64,000 nucleotides of DNA, from contig JBMFHL010000001.1 of assembly GCA_049976845.1 (NCBI GenBank), forward strand, positions 1 to 64,000, given 5' to 3'. Positions 63,165 to 64,000 of the stretch are shown here, piece after piece (position 1 is the first letter of the stretch; each line of letters starts with the position of its first letter). Origin of the DNA: Candidatus Micrarchaeia archaeon. Lineage in GTDB: Archaea > Micrarchaeota > Micrarchaeia > Micrarchaeales > CABMGC01. The notes below the pieces were generated by a model. That model had not been told where the DNA came from. It saw only the letters and a program-made list of their open reading frames with translations, and searched no databases. The position numbers and the translations under genes are program-made.

Positions 63165-64000
63165 TTGGAAATACAACTTCTTGGAGGAGCCAGCGAAGTA
63201 GGCAGGTCAGCGATACTGCTCAAAGACGAAAAGAAAATATTGCTGGATTATGGCATAAAAATTAACAATAAAACAGAATATCCTATGCAGGCTGGAGATG
63301 TAGATTTATTCATACTTAGCCATGCACATCTGGATCACAGTGGCTTTGCCCCAGCACTATACTACTCTTCACTCCCTACTACTATAACCACAGAGCCAAC
63401 AATAAAACTAAGCGAATTGCTGATAAAGGACTCAATGAAGATAAGCAAGAGGCAGCATTCTAAGCAGAAATTTGTTAGGAGGCAGCTTCTCTCGTTCCTT
63501 GAGAAAAGTCTGCCATACGAATATGGAACGCAGATGCAGAATGACGATTATTATATAACATTATATGATGCGGGCCACATAACAGGCAGTGCAATATCAT
63601 TAGTGGAAAAAATAAAGAACGGAAGGAGGCTTGTATATACTGGAGATTTTAAGATAGAACCGCAGATGCTGCAGGGCAGTGCTGACATAGTCGAAAGCGA
63701 CATACTAATCACAGAATCAACATATGCAGATAAAGAGCACCCTGACAGGTCAGAGATAATCAAAAAGCTTGTAAATAATATAAGGGAAGTTCTTGATAAT
63801 GGTGGCACAGCACTTGTACCTAGCTTTGCGGTTGGAAGGGCGCAAGAGATACTTGCAATTCTATATAGTCATGGCCTTATAGACTATACTTATATAGACG
63901 GAATGGCAAAAGCTGCCACTGAAATAGTTATTAACTACCCTGAACAGACAAGAAACAAAGATCTCTTAATGAGTTCGGTAAAGAACGCCACGTGGATAGG
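63165..64000 (+). CDS. metallo-beta-lactamase beta-CASP ribonuclease (aCPSF-like), runs off the right edge
   Basis: Hand translation from TTG at 63165: MEIQLLGGASEVGRS...LLDYG...SHAHLDHSG...AGHITGS...YTGD...ESTY...P.FAVGRAQE. Confidence 0.92.
   Translation, partial: MEIQLLGGASEVGRSAILLKDEKKILLDYGIKINNKTEYPMQAGDVDLFILSHAHLDHSGFAPALYYSSLPTTITTEPTIKLSELLIKDSMKISKRQHSKQKFVRRQLLSFLEKSLPYEYGTQMQNDDYYITLYDAGHITGSAISLVEKIKNGRRLVYTGDFKIEPQMLQGSADIVESDILITESTYADKEHPDRSEIIKKLVNNIREVLDNGGTALVPSFAVGRAQEILAILYSHGLIDYTYIDGMAKAATEIVINYPEQTRNKDLLMSSVKNATWI

Noticed and set aside
1..64000. CRISPR arrays, transposases, integrases, rRNA genes, recoded stop codons
   Set aside because: No regularly spaced direct repeats, mobile-element motifs or rRNA-like segments were seen. 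Conserved genes are full length under the standard code.

Overview
This is a gene-dense, AT-rich archaeal chromosome segment, most likely from a Micrarchaeota (DPANN) genome. That assignment is inferred from a three-unit epsilon2-type tRNA splicing endonuclease, GyrB/GyrA alongside RadA, PriS, aIF2-alpha, TFE and archaeal r-proteins, and many Shine-Dalgarno-led GTG/TTG starts. In order, the window holds: a PriL whose Fe-S domain appears replaced by a PriX-like domain, followed by a Cys-rich microprotein missed by the ORF track; a complete 11-subunit complex I-like operon (nuoABCDHIJKLMN, no nuoEFG); a 931-aa polytopic membrane protein fused to two Cdc48-type AAA+ modules; a divergent bacterial-type GTP cyclohydrolase II; the rpl3-to-SUI1 operon; priS; EndA, Taw1, Dph5 and RadA; a shortened GINS-rpl44e-aIF2a-PAC2 cluster; TFE; an HD hydrolase; an ArcE/cDPGS-family NTPase; gyrase; Lhr; Mre11; ADP-forming acetyl-CoA synthetase; and a partial beta-CASP nuclease. 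There are six tRNA genes, two with 37/38 introns. I saw no CRISPR array, transposase or integrase. The best candidates for undescribed biology are the membrane-integral double-AAA+ motor, the PriL-PriX chimera with its zinc-finger neighbour, a nested palindrome with an AT-rich core at an apparent strand-skew switch near 43.7 kb (candidate origin or terminus), a candidate structured ncRNA at 39.3 kb, and a hairpin that sequesters a start codon at 25.6 kb. All family assignments come from motifs recognised by eye; no searches or folding programs were run.
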